Below the pieces are notes generated by a model. It ran no database searches. It saw only the letters and a program-made list of their open reading frames with translations, and was not told where the DNA came from. Shown here in pieces: positions 8,901 to 15,237 of a stretch of 15,237 bases of DNA (positions are counted from its first letter, which is position 1; every line of letters starts with the position of its first letter). The position numbers and the translations under genes are program-made. Source of the DNA: Thermotogota bacterium (GTDB lineage Bacteria > Bipolaricaulota > Bipolaricaulia > UBA7950 > UBA9294); contig JBDKUT010000018.1 of assembly GCA_039679545.1 (NCBI GenBank), positions 1-15,237 of the forward strand, written 5' to 3'.

Positions 8901-9088
8901 TCTCCGTCTACGACCTCGCCGGACACCTGGTGTGGTCGACGACGGCGAGCGACGTCCTGTCCGTGGAGTGGGACGGCCGGTCGAACGACGGGGATGCGCT
9001 AGCGAACGGCGGCTACATCTACGTCGTCCTCGCGTCCTCCGGGGAGAAGGAGTTCCCCGGGAAGGGCATCCTCTTCATCAATCGCTAG
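5972..9088 (+). CDS. Large secreted acidic surface/S-layer-like protein (~1038 aa) with five repeated beta-rich modules and a C-terminal FlgD-Ig/T9SS-CTD-like domain
   Basis: Signal peptide ending TAWA. Repeated V-x-D-P-D-x-N / E-T-G-x-N-x-G-x-F / Y-x-D-P modules. C-terminus FYTAPNPF...VSVYDLAGHLV...WDGRSNDGDALANGGYIYVV. Start is ATG 5972 or GTG 5981. Confidence 0.8.
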   Translation: MAEVKRAGRAAAIAVPLLLLLCVTTAWATEAELYFSTDSHGESRVTKVREGEQIWIVVYDPDEDIDCDVRDKVWTDIKVLDAKTGAHIVWKSYLDSGGVDTNGDGSGDAIFGDTDYVPYKGHWPGDSGGWTGADYLEEIERGAGLFVSSRPFQIGTRVKYSHDGRDQAHIVGPYVKVGPFDDTGGGAVDPTDFQWGGYLYAAADDAPEEGVGDDRVWIHGLFSPMDGHLSFVDALPIGVDTVPTGWELPLGSAYLPPGKKLLAGQGHMLGRFENMDTLVGLYADQDDPSDVALALAKIEDTEAEIRWDETMYSDGNEAATITVVDPDENLSCNDVEMVPIFVIVNPGSWNWQNEPTSASDFWGLNRWGGVVDTNGEPANQSLIWCNIYNSGRYIDLDSRQPNKEGTYYIHYPTAGDNGLVAFDTLSNSGVTRVMFYATETGQNTGVFELKLNSILRDLGFRTLNVRDVLVAYYLDPNDQDDFKLSVAYISEKKHSSLRFTDYARNSQSLFWLGRDPVYVEVVDENANQEACCPERVVVQVVDPHEVDDTEWLILDELSSNSSTFFTNQGMELLSVWDALGVGDPGTHGGYSLELDNWSLEAFNEDSIYVRYNDVKYTDAALAGLGDRNIATAFPPTIEAVRSANDVAFSVFEVADTQVYDGSTVQMYFLDRNGNRVSGYANSDCVFIEVVDPDQNEDTMRRERVAAFWDGTSGEGQNIPHGPMNYAENHLNSCGFLDSKTHIVNELLGDTNIFNAGTWGKIYILNPRNGRWASSDLFETGTNAGDFVSVSCVDLVSQYECTPSLGVLPGDTILAAYQDPSNHSDIAWISIKVSVGGTQPVKGSTTRFVDEFGTPVSAYIEGDLIYVRVDDPTLAGAGTVPNAVTIDEVTFDLSPLATASAGAFITEGIDLASVGYATGDTVTATYVDPGDSSDTSSASVPIVAGEFSVEEFYTAPNPFSDVVRFAYHGEGLAETFFVSVYDLAGHLVWSTTASDVLSVEWDGRSNDGDALANGGYIYVVLASSGEKEFPGKGILFINR

Positions 9089-9104
9089 ACACGGTGTGCA
9101 TGCT

Positions 9105-9144
9105 GGGCCGTCGGCGCCGCGAGGTTCCGACGGCCCTCTCTGTT
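9105..9144 (+). terminator. Probable intrinsic terminator of the surface-protein operon
   Basis: Perfect 10-bp stem GGGCCGTCGG (9105-9114) / CCGACGGCCC (9127-9136), inner stem closing a GCGA tetraloop, followed by a weak U tract TCTCTGTT. Confidence 0.65.
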
Positions 9145-9173
9145 GCCGTGTCCCGCTCCCGCGGGAGTAGAAT
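9143..9173 (+). promoter_or_regulatory. Possible promoter for the cyclase gene
   Basis: TTGCCG (9143-9148) and TAGAAT (9168-9173) with a 19-nt spacer (longer than ideal) that contains the palindrome CTCCCGCGGGAG. Confidence 0.35.
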
Positions 9174-9199
9174 CGGTCGGGTTCGGAGAAGGAGGCGTG

Positions 9200-10117
9200 G
9201 TGGCGAGCGGCGAGCCGTTGGCGGTGGGGTTCAGCGACCTGCGGGGGTTCTCGAGCTTCACGGCGCAACGAGGCGACGAGGCGGCGCTCGAAGTTGCGCG
9301 TGTCTTGCAGAGGCTCGTGGAGGAGCAGGTCGCGCGGAACGGCGGTCGACTCCTCAAGACCTACGGCGACGGCGTGATGACCTCGTTCGACGACGCCGAG
9401 AGCGCCATCGCGTGTTCTGCAGGAACCCAGCAGGCGTTGTCCGTCTACAACGAATCACGCGGCGACGACGCCGCCTGCGCCGGGATCGGGCTCACGTGGG
9501 GACCTGCGATTCGGACGGGCGACGACCTGTTCGGTAACTCGGTGAACCTCGCGAAGCGTCTGGCCGACGCCGCGAAGGGGTGTCAAATCGTCGTCGACGG
9601 GTCGATTGTCGAGCAGACCCACCATCGTGCAGACCTGCACTTCCGGGACCTCGGGGAGAGAGACCTCAAGGGCCTCGGCCCGTATCGTCTCTACGAGTTC
9701 GTGTGGCGGGACGAGGTCGAGAAGCTGTCGCTTGCGGACGACAGCCTCGATCTGGTCCTGACCGAAGACCACAAGCTGGTCCTGGAGTTCGCGAAGCCGC
9801 TCGAAGATACGCTCGAGGTGATCCGCGCACGGCTCGAGCCGGCGGAGGGAGAGAGGGGCGCGGTCGCGGCTCTCAAGCGTAGGCTCGCGAACCGCCTTAC
9901 GAAGGACTTGCCGAAGTGGATCTCGACCCTACAACGGTACGGAGGAGGACTGGAGCAGCGGCTGGATGGAGTTGAGGCGGAGTTCCGAGACGGAGAGCTC
10001 CGCATTCAGCTGCCCGACGGGCGCGCTCTGGCGTTCGGCCGGGGTCAGATCCGCACCGCGGACGCCCGCAGGTTCCTCGAACGGCTCGCGAGTCTGCGTG
10101 GGAAGAAGCCTGCGTAG
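9200..10117 (+). CDS. Soluble class III adenylate/guanylate cyclase with an uncharacterised C-terminal domain
   Basis: Metal-binding Asp residues (FSDLRGFS, KTYGDGVM), ATP-specifying Lys (LLKTYGD) and Asp (DLFG), transition-state Asn/Arg (VNLAKRL), and the LKGL motif. GTG 9200 follows AGGAGG (9190-9195); GTG 9197 is an alternative. Confidence 0.9.
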   Translation: MASGEPLAVGFSDLRGFSSFTAQRGDEAALEVARVLQRLVEEQVARNGGRLLKTYGDGVMTSFDDAESAIACSAGTQQALSVYNESRGDDAACAGIGLTWGPAIRTGDDLFGNSVNLAKRLADAAKGCQIVVDGSIVEQTHHRADLHFRDLGERDLKGLGPYRLYEFVWRDEVEKLSLADDSLDLVLTEDHKLVLEFAKPLEDTLEVIRARLEPAEGERGAVAALKRRLANRLTKDLPKWISTLQRYGGGLEQRLDGVEAEFRDGELRIQLPDGRALAFGRGQIRTADARRFLERLASLRGKKPA

Positions 10118-10118
10118 G

Positions 10119-10964
10119 CTAGCGGGCGTGCCGCATCCTCCCCCACTTCCATAGCTCCCGAACGCTCGGCGCCTTCCCGTACATCAGGAGCCCGATCTCG
10201 AAGATGCGAGCCGCGAACCGCATGGTGAGAAGGACTCCCACCGTGAGGGAGACGAGGCTCAGTGCGATCTCCCACGTCGCGGCGGCGCCCACGCCGACGC
10301 GGAGCAGCATCACCGACGGAGTGAAGGGCGGGATGAACCCGGCGATGCGCACAAGCACGTGGTTCGGGTTCTCGATGATGAAGGCCGAGAACATGATGGG
10401 AACGTAGGGAATGAGTCCAACGAGTCCCGAGGCGCCGCCGGACTGAACGTCCTTCATCACGGCACCCGTGGCGGCGTAAATCGAGGCGATGAGCATGAAC
10501 CCGAGGACGAAGTAGAGCGGGTACGTGATCCAATGAACAGGGCCCAGCGCGGCGAGGGAGATCGGCGTGAACCGGCTCGCCACGAAGTAGGCGGCGGCGG
10601 CCCACACTGCAACCTGGATCAGGCCCGCGATGCCGAGGCCGATGACCTTGCCCGCCATCATCTCCTGCGCCGAAATGCTCGACAGAACAAGCTCGACGAC
10701 GCGGCCCTGCTTCTCCTTGACCACGCTGTAGAGCGTCATGACGCCGGAAAGGAATGCGCCCATGAACAGGATCATCGCGAGGATCAGGGCGACGACGGAC
10801 GGCGGTGGCGGTTCGTGCAGGCTCTGCTGCGCGCCCTTGCCGGCCGAGGTGGCGGCGAAGATGGCGATGGCCACCATGGCGGGGATGAGGAGGGAGATGA
10901 TGAGGAACTGCTTGCTCTGGATCGTGCGGAGGAACTCCCAGCGGATGACGCTACGCAGCCTCAT
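10119..10964 (-). CDS. ABC-2 type exporter permease (NatB/YhaP-like)
   Basis: VVKEKQGRVVELVLSSISAQEMMAGKVIG motif, about 6 TM helices, IPPFTPSVMLLR, C-terminal GLLMYGK. The start overlaps the ATPase stop. Confidence 0.9.
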   Translation of the reverse strand: MRLRSVIRWEFLRTIQSKQFLIISLLIPAMVAIAIFAATSAGKGAQQSLHEPPPPSVVALILAMILFMGAFLSGVMTLYSVVKEKQGRVVELVLSSISAQEMMAGKVIGLGIAGLIQVAVWAAAAYFVASRFTPISLAALGPVHWITYPLYFVLGFMLIASIYAATGAVMKDVQSGGASGLVGLIPYVPIMFSAFIIENPNHVLVRIAGFIPPFTPSVMLLRVGVGAAATWEIALSLVSLTVGVLLTMRFAARIFEIGLLMYGKAPSVRELWKWGRMRHAR

Positions 10965-11871
10965 GGTTCTCCTTCTCGATGGCGCGCACGAAGATGTCGT
11001 GTAGCGGAGGCCTCGTTACGGAGAGCTCGCGCACGGTGAGTGCCGCGGGCAAGGAGCGCACGAACGCGTCGGGGGACGCTCCCCGCCCGAGGCGGAGGGA
11101 CGCGCGGTCGCCGCGAACCGCGAGGCTCTCGACCCCGGGAAGCGCGGCGAGCGACTCGGCCGATCCCTCGAATCGAAGGCGAACGACGTGCTCGCCATCC
11201 CGGGACTTGATCTCGTCGAGGGTTCCGTAGAAGACCTGGCGTCCTCGGTGGATGAGGAAGACCCGGTCGCACAGCTCCTCGACCTGGTTCATCTGGTGCG
11301 CCGAGAGCAAGACGGCGGTGCCCGCATCCCGCAGCTCGCGGATGACGTCCTTCAGAAGATCCTGGTGGAGCGGGTCGAGGCCGGAGAAGGGCTCATCGAG
11401 GACGAGCAGGTCGGGCTCATGGGCCACGGCGGCGATGAACTGTACCTTCTGCTGCATGCCCTTCGAGAGCTTCTCGACCTTCTTGTGGGCCCACGGAACC
11501 AGGTCGAACCGTCCGAGCCAGCGGAGCACGCGCTCGCGGGCATCGGCGCGGCGTAGGCCCTTTAGTTCCGCGAAGTAGACGAGCGCGTCGAGCACCGTAG
11601 CGTCCGAGTAGAGGCCCCGCTCTTCGGGCAAGTAGCCGGTCCGCTCCTTCAGAAGGCGGCCGGTGAGCCCGCCGATGCGGATCGAGACCTCTCCCTCGTC
11701 GGGCTCGAAGATCCCGAGGATGATGCGGATGGATGTCGTCTTCCCCGCGCCGTTCGGGCCGAGGAAGCCGAGGATCTCGCCCCGGCTGGCCTCAAGGCTG
11801 ATCCCGTCGACGGCGCGCAGTCCGTCGAAGTCCTTGACGATTTCGTGCACGCGAAGCGCGGTGCGGTCCAC
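10951..11871 (-). CDS. ABC transporter ATP-binding protein (NatA/YhaQ-like)
   Basis: Walker A GPNGAGKTT, GYLPEERGLY, signature LSKGMQQK, Walker B LLVLDEPFSGLDP, H-loop LSAH. Probable GTG start at 11871; the longer ORF extension overlaps the upstream gene. Confidence 0.92.
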   Translation of the reverse strand: MDRTALRVHEIVKDFDGLRAVDGISLEASRGEILGFLGPNGAGKTTSIRIILGIFEPDEGEVSIRIGGLTGRLLKERTGYLPEERGLYSDATVLDALVYFAELKGLRRADARERVLRWLGRFDLVPWAHKKVEKLSKGMQQKVQFIAAVAHEPDLLVLDEPFSGLDPLHQDLLKDVIRELRDAGTAVLLSAHQMNQVEELCDRVFLIHRGRQVFYGTLDEIKSRDGEHVVRLRFEGSAESLAALPGVESLAVRGDRASLRLGRGASPDAFVRSLPAALTVRELSVTRPPLHDIFVRAIEKENHEAA

Positions 11872-11909
11872 AGCGGAGTTGATTCCCCCTTGTCCGAAGA
11901 AGCGGGAGT

Positions 11910-13151
11910 TTACCCCGCCACGCGCGATGCGTGCCAGGCCGTGGCGGCGGCCTCGTCGACGAGGTCGGACGCCGGACGGTCGCGCCACTCTCGTAGAGCG
12001 CTGCGCATTCGCTCCAATCCCTCGATGAGCATCGCCCGCGGGCAGGCAAAGTTCAGCCGAACAAACCCGTCGCCCTGGGGCCCAAAGATCGCTCCGGGGA
12101 TGGTCGCGACGTGGGCCTCGCGGAGGAAGAACTCGTAAGGGTCGCCCGGGATCCCCGCGTTCCTGCAATCGAGCCACGCCAAATACGTGGCCTCAATCGG
12201 AGTGACCCCGATGCCCGGCATCTCGGACCGAACGTAGTTGATCACGAAGTCGCGATTGGCGCGAACATATGAGAGGAGCTGGGCGAACCACGCGTCGCCG
12301 TCGCGGTAGGCGGCGAGCGCCCCGGCATAGCCGAGCGCACTGACAGACGGAACGAGGCCTCGCTTGGCCTGTACGTACTGCTCGCGCAGGTCCTTGTTCG
12401 GGATCACGGCGACGGCGAAGTGAAGCCCGGCTGTGTTGAACGCCTTCGAGGGAGACGTCAGGGTGATGGTTCGCGCCGCGATTTCCGGTCCAAGGGACGC
12501 GATTGGCGTGTGTCGCCGTCCGTCGTACACGAACGCTGCGTGGATCTCATCGGAGCAGATGAGAAGGTTGTGCTCCACGGCGATGTCCGCAACCCGGCGG
12601 AGCTCCTGCTCCGAGAACTCCCGTCCCACAGGGTTGTGTGGATTGCATTGCATGTAGAGGCGCGTGCGGTCCGTGAGGGTTCCCTCGAGGCGGTCGAAGT
12701 CGATCTCGTAGTGGCCGCTGGATGAACGGAACAGTGGGCAGTGCAGGGCCTCGGCGCGCGCGTTCTTCGGCGCCGCAAGGATCGGGTAGTAGACGGGAGG
12801 TTGGACGATGACGCCGTCGCCCGGTCGCGTCACCGCCTGGCACGCGAGGTTGAAGCCGACGACGACGCTCGGAAGGAACACGAACGCATCGGGGGCTACT
12901 CTCCACGAGTAGTGGCGCTCCAAGTATTCGACGAGGCGAGGGCGCAGCTCTTTGGGTTCGACCGTGTAGCCGAAGACCCCGTGCTCGACGCGACTCCTGA
13001 GCGCCTCGATGATGGAGGGAGGACAGAGGAAGTCCATGTCCGCAATCCACATCGGAAGAATGTCTTCATCGAAGGAGCTCCACTTGGTGCTGTCGGTGCC
13101 TCGTCGATCGATGATCTCGTCGAACAGGCCTGCAGGCATCTGGTTTGCCAT
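11910..13151 (-). CDS. PLP-dependent MalY/PatB family cystathionine beta-lyase / C-S lyase
   Basis: DRRGTDSTKW, LPMWIADMDF, HGVFGY, CNPHNPVGR, SDEIH, the PLP-lysine motif SPSKAFNTAGL, EATYLAWLD and FVRLNFACPR. ATG 13151 follows GAGGGGG. Confidence 0.93.
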   Translation of the reverse strand: MANQMPAGLFDEIIDRRGTDSTKWSSFDEDILPMWIADMDFLCPPSIIEALRSRVEHGVFGYTVEPKELRPRLVEYLERHYSWRVAPDAFVFLPSVVVGFNLACQAVTRPGDGVIVQPPVYYPILAAPKNARAEALHCPLFRSSSGHYEIDFDRLEGTLTDRTRLYMQCNPHNPVGREFSEQELRRVADIAVEHNLLICSDEIHAAFVYDGRRHTPIASLGPEIAARTITLTSPSKAFNTAGLHFAVAVIPNKDLREQYVQAKRGLVPSVSALGYAGALAAYRDGDAWFAQLLSYVRANRDFVINYVRSEMPGIGVTPIEATYLAWLDCRNAGIPGDPYEFFLREAHVATIPGAIFGPQGDGFVRLNFACPRAMLIEGLERMRSALREWRDRPASDLVDEAAATAWHASRVAG

Positions 13152-13299
13152 AACCCCCTCACTCACCCGCCGTTGGTCTCAGCATTCTTGTTGGGTGGGG
13201 CGCTACGTGCAAGGGCGTCTGTCCATCCCAACCCAGGTGCGGAGTGGGCTCGGGAAAGAGGACGGGTTCCATCGACGGCTGTAGGTGAGTCCAGGAGGC

Positions 13300-13332
13300 A
13301 AAGAGAACGCGGCCGACTAACCATCGGCCGCG
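13300..13332 (-). terminator. Intrinsic terminator downstream of tmRNA
   Basis: Minus strand: CGCGGCCGA-TGGTTAG-TCGGCCGCG (perfect 9-bp stem) followed by TTCTCTTT. Confidence 0.8.
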
Positions 13333-13337
13333 CGTCG

Positions 13338-13697
<360 letters not shown>

Positions 13698-13717
13698 ATG
13701 TCAAAGACCACACAACG

Positions 13718-13746
13718 ATGATAGTCCGAACCGCCTCGGCGAGCAA
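13718..13746 (-). promoter_or_regulatory. sigma70-type promoter of ssrA
   Basis: Minus strand TTGCTC (13746-13741), 17-nt spacer, TATCAT (13723-13718), 20 nt upstream of the mature 5' end. Confidence 0.65.
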
Positions 13747-13822
13747 GATTGCGATGGGGTTCAGGCCGTGGGCGCATCGCGCCGAGCTGCGCCATGGATG
13801 ACAATCGTATGGTCGAAGGAGG

Positions 13823-13851
13823 TTGACCGAACGAGCCGCGCGCTCTAGGCT
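13823..13851 (+). promoter_or_regulatory. sigma70-type promoter of dprA
   Basis: TTGACC (13823-13828), 17-nt spacer, TAGGCT (13846-13851), 8 nt before the ATG. Confidence 0.6.
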
Positions 13852-13859
13852 TCTGCGCC

Positions 13860-14957
13860 ATGAACCGAACCGACAAGGAATGCCTCATCGGGCTGAACTT
13901 GATCCCGCAGCTGACTCCGAAACGGGCCAAGCGCCTGTTCGCGCACTTTGAGTCATTCTCGGCGATTTGGGACGCGCCAGCGGGCCGGTTCAGCGAGCTG
14001 TTCGGGTCGGCCGTGCTCGGAGAAGCCATCGCGTCGGGGCGGAGCGACTCCGCCGTCGACGAGGAGATGGAGAAGGCCGAGAAGGCGGGAGTGCGGATCG
14101 TGACGCTTGTCGATTCGGAGTACCCGGCGCTGCTCCGGGAGATCGACGATCCGCCGCTCGTTCTCTACGCTCGCGGTCGTCTTCCGGTCGACACGTCGAC
14201 GGCGATCGCGGTGGTCGGCACCCGTCGCGGGACGCAGTACGGGAAGATGGTTGCGGCCAAACTGGCGAGTCAGCTTGCGCTTCGCGGGATCAGCGTCGTG
14301 AGCGGACTCGCGGCCGGAATCGACGCCGCTGCGCACCAAGGCGCGCTCGACGTTGGCGGTCAGACCGTCGCGGTTCTCGGCTGCGGAGTGGATGTCCCGT
14401 ACCCGAAGCGGAATCAAGCGCTGTATGAGCGGATCGCTGTCGAAGGGACCGTGCTCTCCGAGTACCCGCTCGGGATGAGGCCGGCGAAGTGGACGTTCCC
14501 GCAGCGGAACCGGATTCTGTCCGGCTTGTCACGCGGCGTGGTGGTCGTGCAGGCTCCGGAGCGGAGCGGCTCGCTGATCACGGCGCGTCTTGCCCTCGAG
14601 CAGGGCCGCGAAGTGTTCTCGGTTCCGGGGAACATCTCGACGACGACGTCGGCAGGAACGAACCGCCTGATCAAGCAGGGAGCGAAGCTCGTCGAGTCGG
14701 TGGACGACATCCTCGAGGAGTTCACCGACCTACGGCGGATCGTCCGGGGCGCGGCGCCCGCCGAGGAGGCCGAGGTGACCCTGACCGATCGGGAACGCCG
14801 TGTGTATGAGCTGATCAATCTTGAACCGGTTCACGTTGACGATATCATTGCCCGTGCGGATCTCTCGCCCACCGAAGCGTCGCATGTCTTGCTCCTTCTT
14901 CAGTTGGAGGATCTCGTCGTGGAGGTGGAGGGAGGGTGCTACGTGCGCAAGCCGTAG
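13860..14957 (+). CDS. dprA: DNA-processing protein DprA (Smf)
   Basis: [76 protein letters not shown] and a C-terminal winged helix. Confidence 0.96.
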   Translation: MNRTDKECLIGLNLIPQLTPKRAKRLFAHFESFSAIWDAPAGRFSELFGSAVLGEAIASGRSDSAVDEEMEKAEKAGVRIVTLVDSEYPALLREIDDPPLVLYARGRLPVDTSTAIAVVGTRRGTQYGKMVAAKLASQLALRGISVVSGLAAGIDAAAHQGALDVGGQTVAVLGCGVDVPYPKRNQALYERIAVEGTVLSEYPLGMRPAKWTFPQRNRILSGLSRGVVVVQAPERSGSLITARLALEQGREVFSVPGNISTTTSAGTNRLIKQGAKLVESVDDILEEFTDLRRIVRGAAPAEEAEVTLTDRERRVYELINLEPVHVDDIIARADLSPTEASHVLLLLQLEDLVVEVEGGCYVRKP

Positions 14958-14971
14958 GAGGAAGAACAGGG

Positions 14972-15237
14972 ATGGCCATACAACGAACGCTCGTCTTGTG
15001 CAAGCCTGACGCCGTGCAGCGCGGTTTCGTCGGGCGGATCATCTCTCGCTTCGAAGAGAAGGGGCTGAAGATCGCCGGGCTGAAGATGCTTCAGGTGGAC
15101 GAAGAGTTGGCCGGGCAACACTACGCGGAGCACCTCGAGAAGCCGTTCTACCCCGAGCTTCTCGCGTTCATCACGGCGTCTCCGGTCGTGGCCCTGGCCG
15201 TCGAGGGGGAAAACGCCGTCGAGGTGGTGCGGAACCT
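14972..15237 (+). CDS. ndk: Nucleoside diphosphate kinase (3'-truncated by the window)
   Basis: Manual translation [39 protein letters not shown]...[40 protein letters not shown] lies upstream. It is absent from the ORF track because there is no stop in the window. Confidence 0.95.
   Translation, partial: MAIQRTLVLCKPDAVQRGFVGRIISRFEEKGLKIAGLKMLQVDEELAGQHYAEHLEKPFYPELLAFITASPVVALAVEGENAVEVVRN

Noticed and set aside
9156..9167. Perfect 12-bp palindrome CTCCCGCGGGAG upstream of the cyclase
   Set aside because: It is a single GC-rich copy with no known matching operator, plausibly chance.
13152..13299. Possible SAM or TPP riboswitch ahead of the C-S lyase (GCTGAGA, a bulged hairpin, a 7-bp ACTCACC/GGTGAGT inverted repeat)
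   Set aside because: The SAM-I core and the remaining TPP motifs are absent, and the pairings are short enough to be chance. An Rfam scan would settle it.
14919..14934. 15/16 match (GTGGAGGTGGAGGGAG) to the tmRNA 3' end at 13339-13354, a possible att site
   Set aside because: It lies within dprA codons (VEVEG), on the wrong side of ssrA for an integration scar, with no integrase. The sequence is G-rich and low in complexity.

Overview
GC-rich bacterial chromosomal window with no mobile element, CRISPR array or rRNA. On the + strand it carries the 3' end of a NuoF/HoxF-type NADH-binding Fe-S subunit, then guaB and purB. A four-gene cell-surface cassette follows: a CARDB+DUF11 protein with an IPTL-CTERM-like tail, an exosortase H-like transpeptidase, an exosortase-associated membrane protein resembling a catalytically dead paralogue, and a ~1040-aa secreted five-module protein with a FlgD-Ig/T9SS-CTD-like C-terminus. 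A soluble class III adenylate cyclase comes next. The - strand carries tmRNA, a MalY/PatB PLP C-S lyase and an ABC-2 ATPase/permease pair. dprA and the start of ndk close the window on the + strand. Main observations: (1) a near-perfect CRP-type operator plus a weaker second one upstream of the surface cassette, with an adenylate cyclase just downstream, suggesting a cAMP-controlled surface-layer system with two different C-terminal sorting signals; (2) a tmRNA tag that reads past the usual terminal Ala-Ala into PSLN; (3) an apparently leaderless dprA. Family calls come from motif recognition only; no searches were run.
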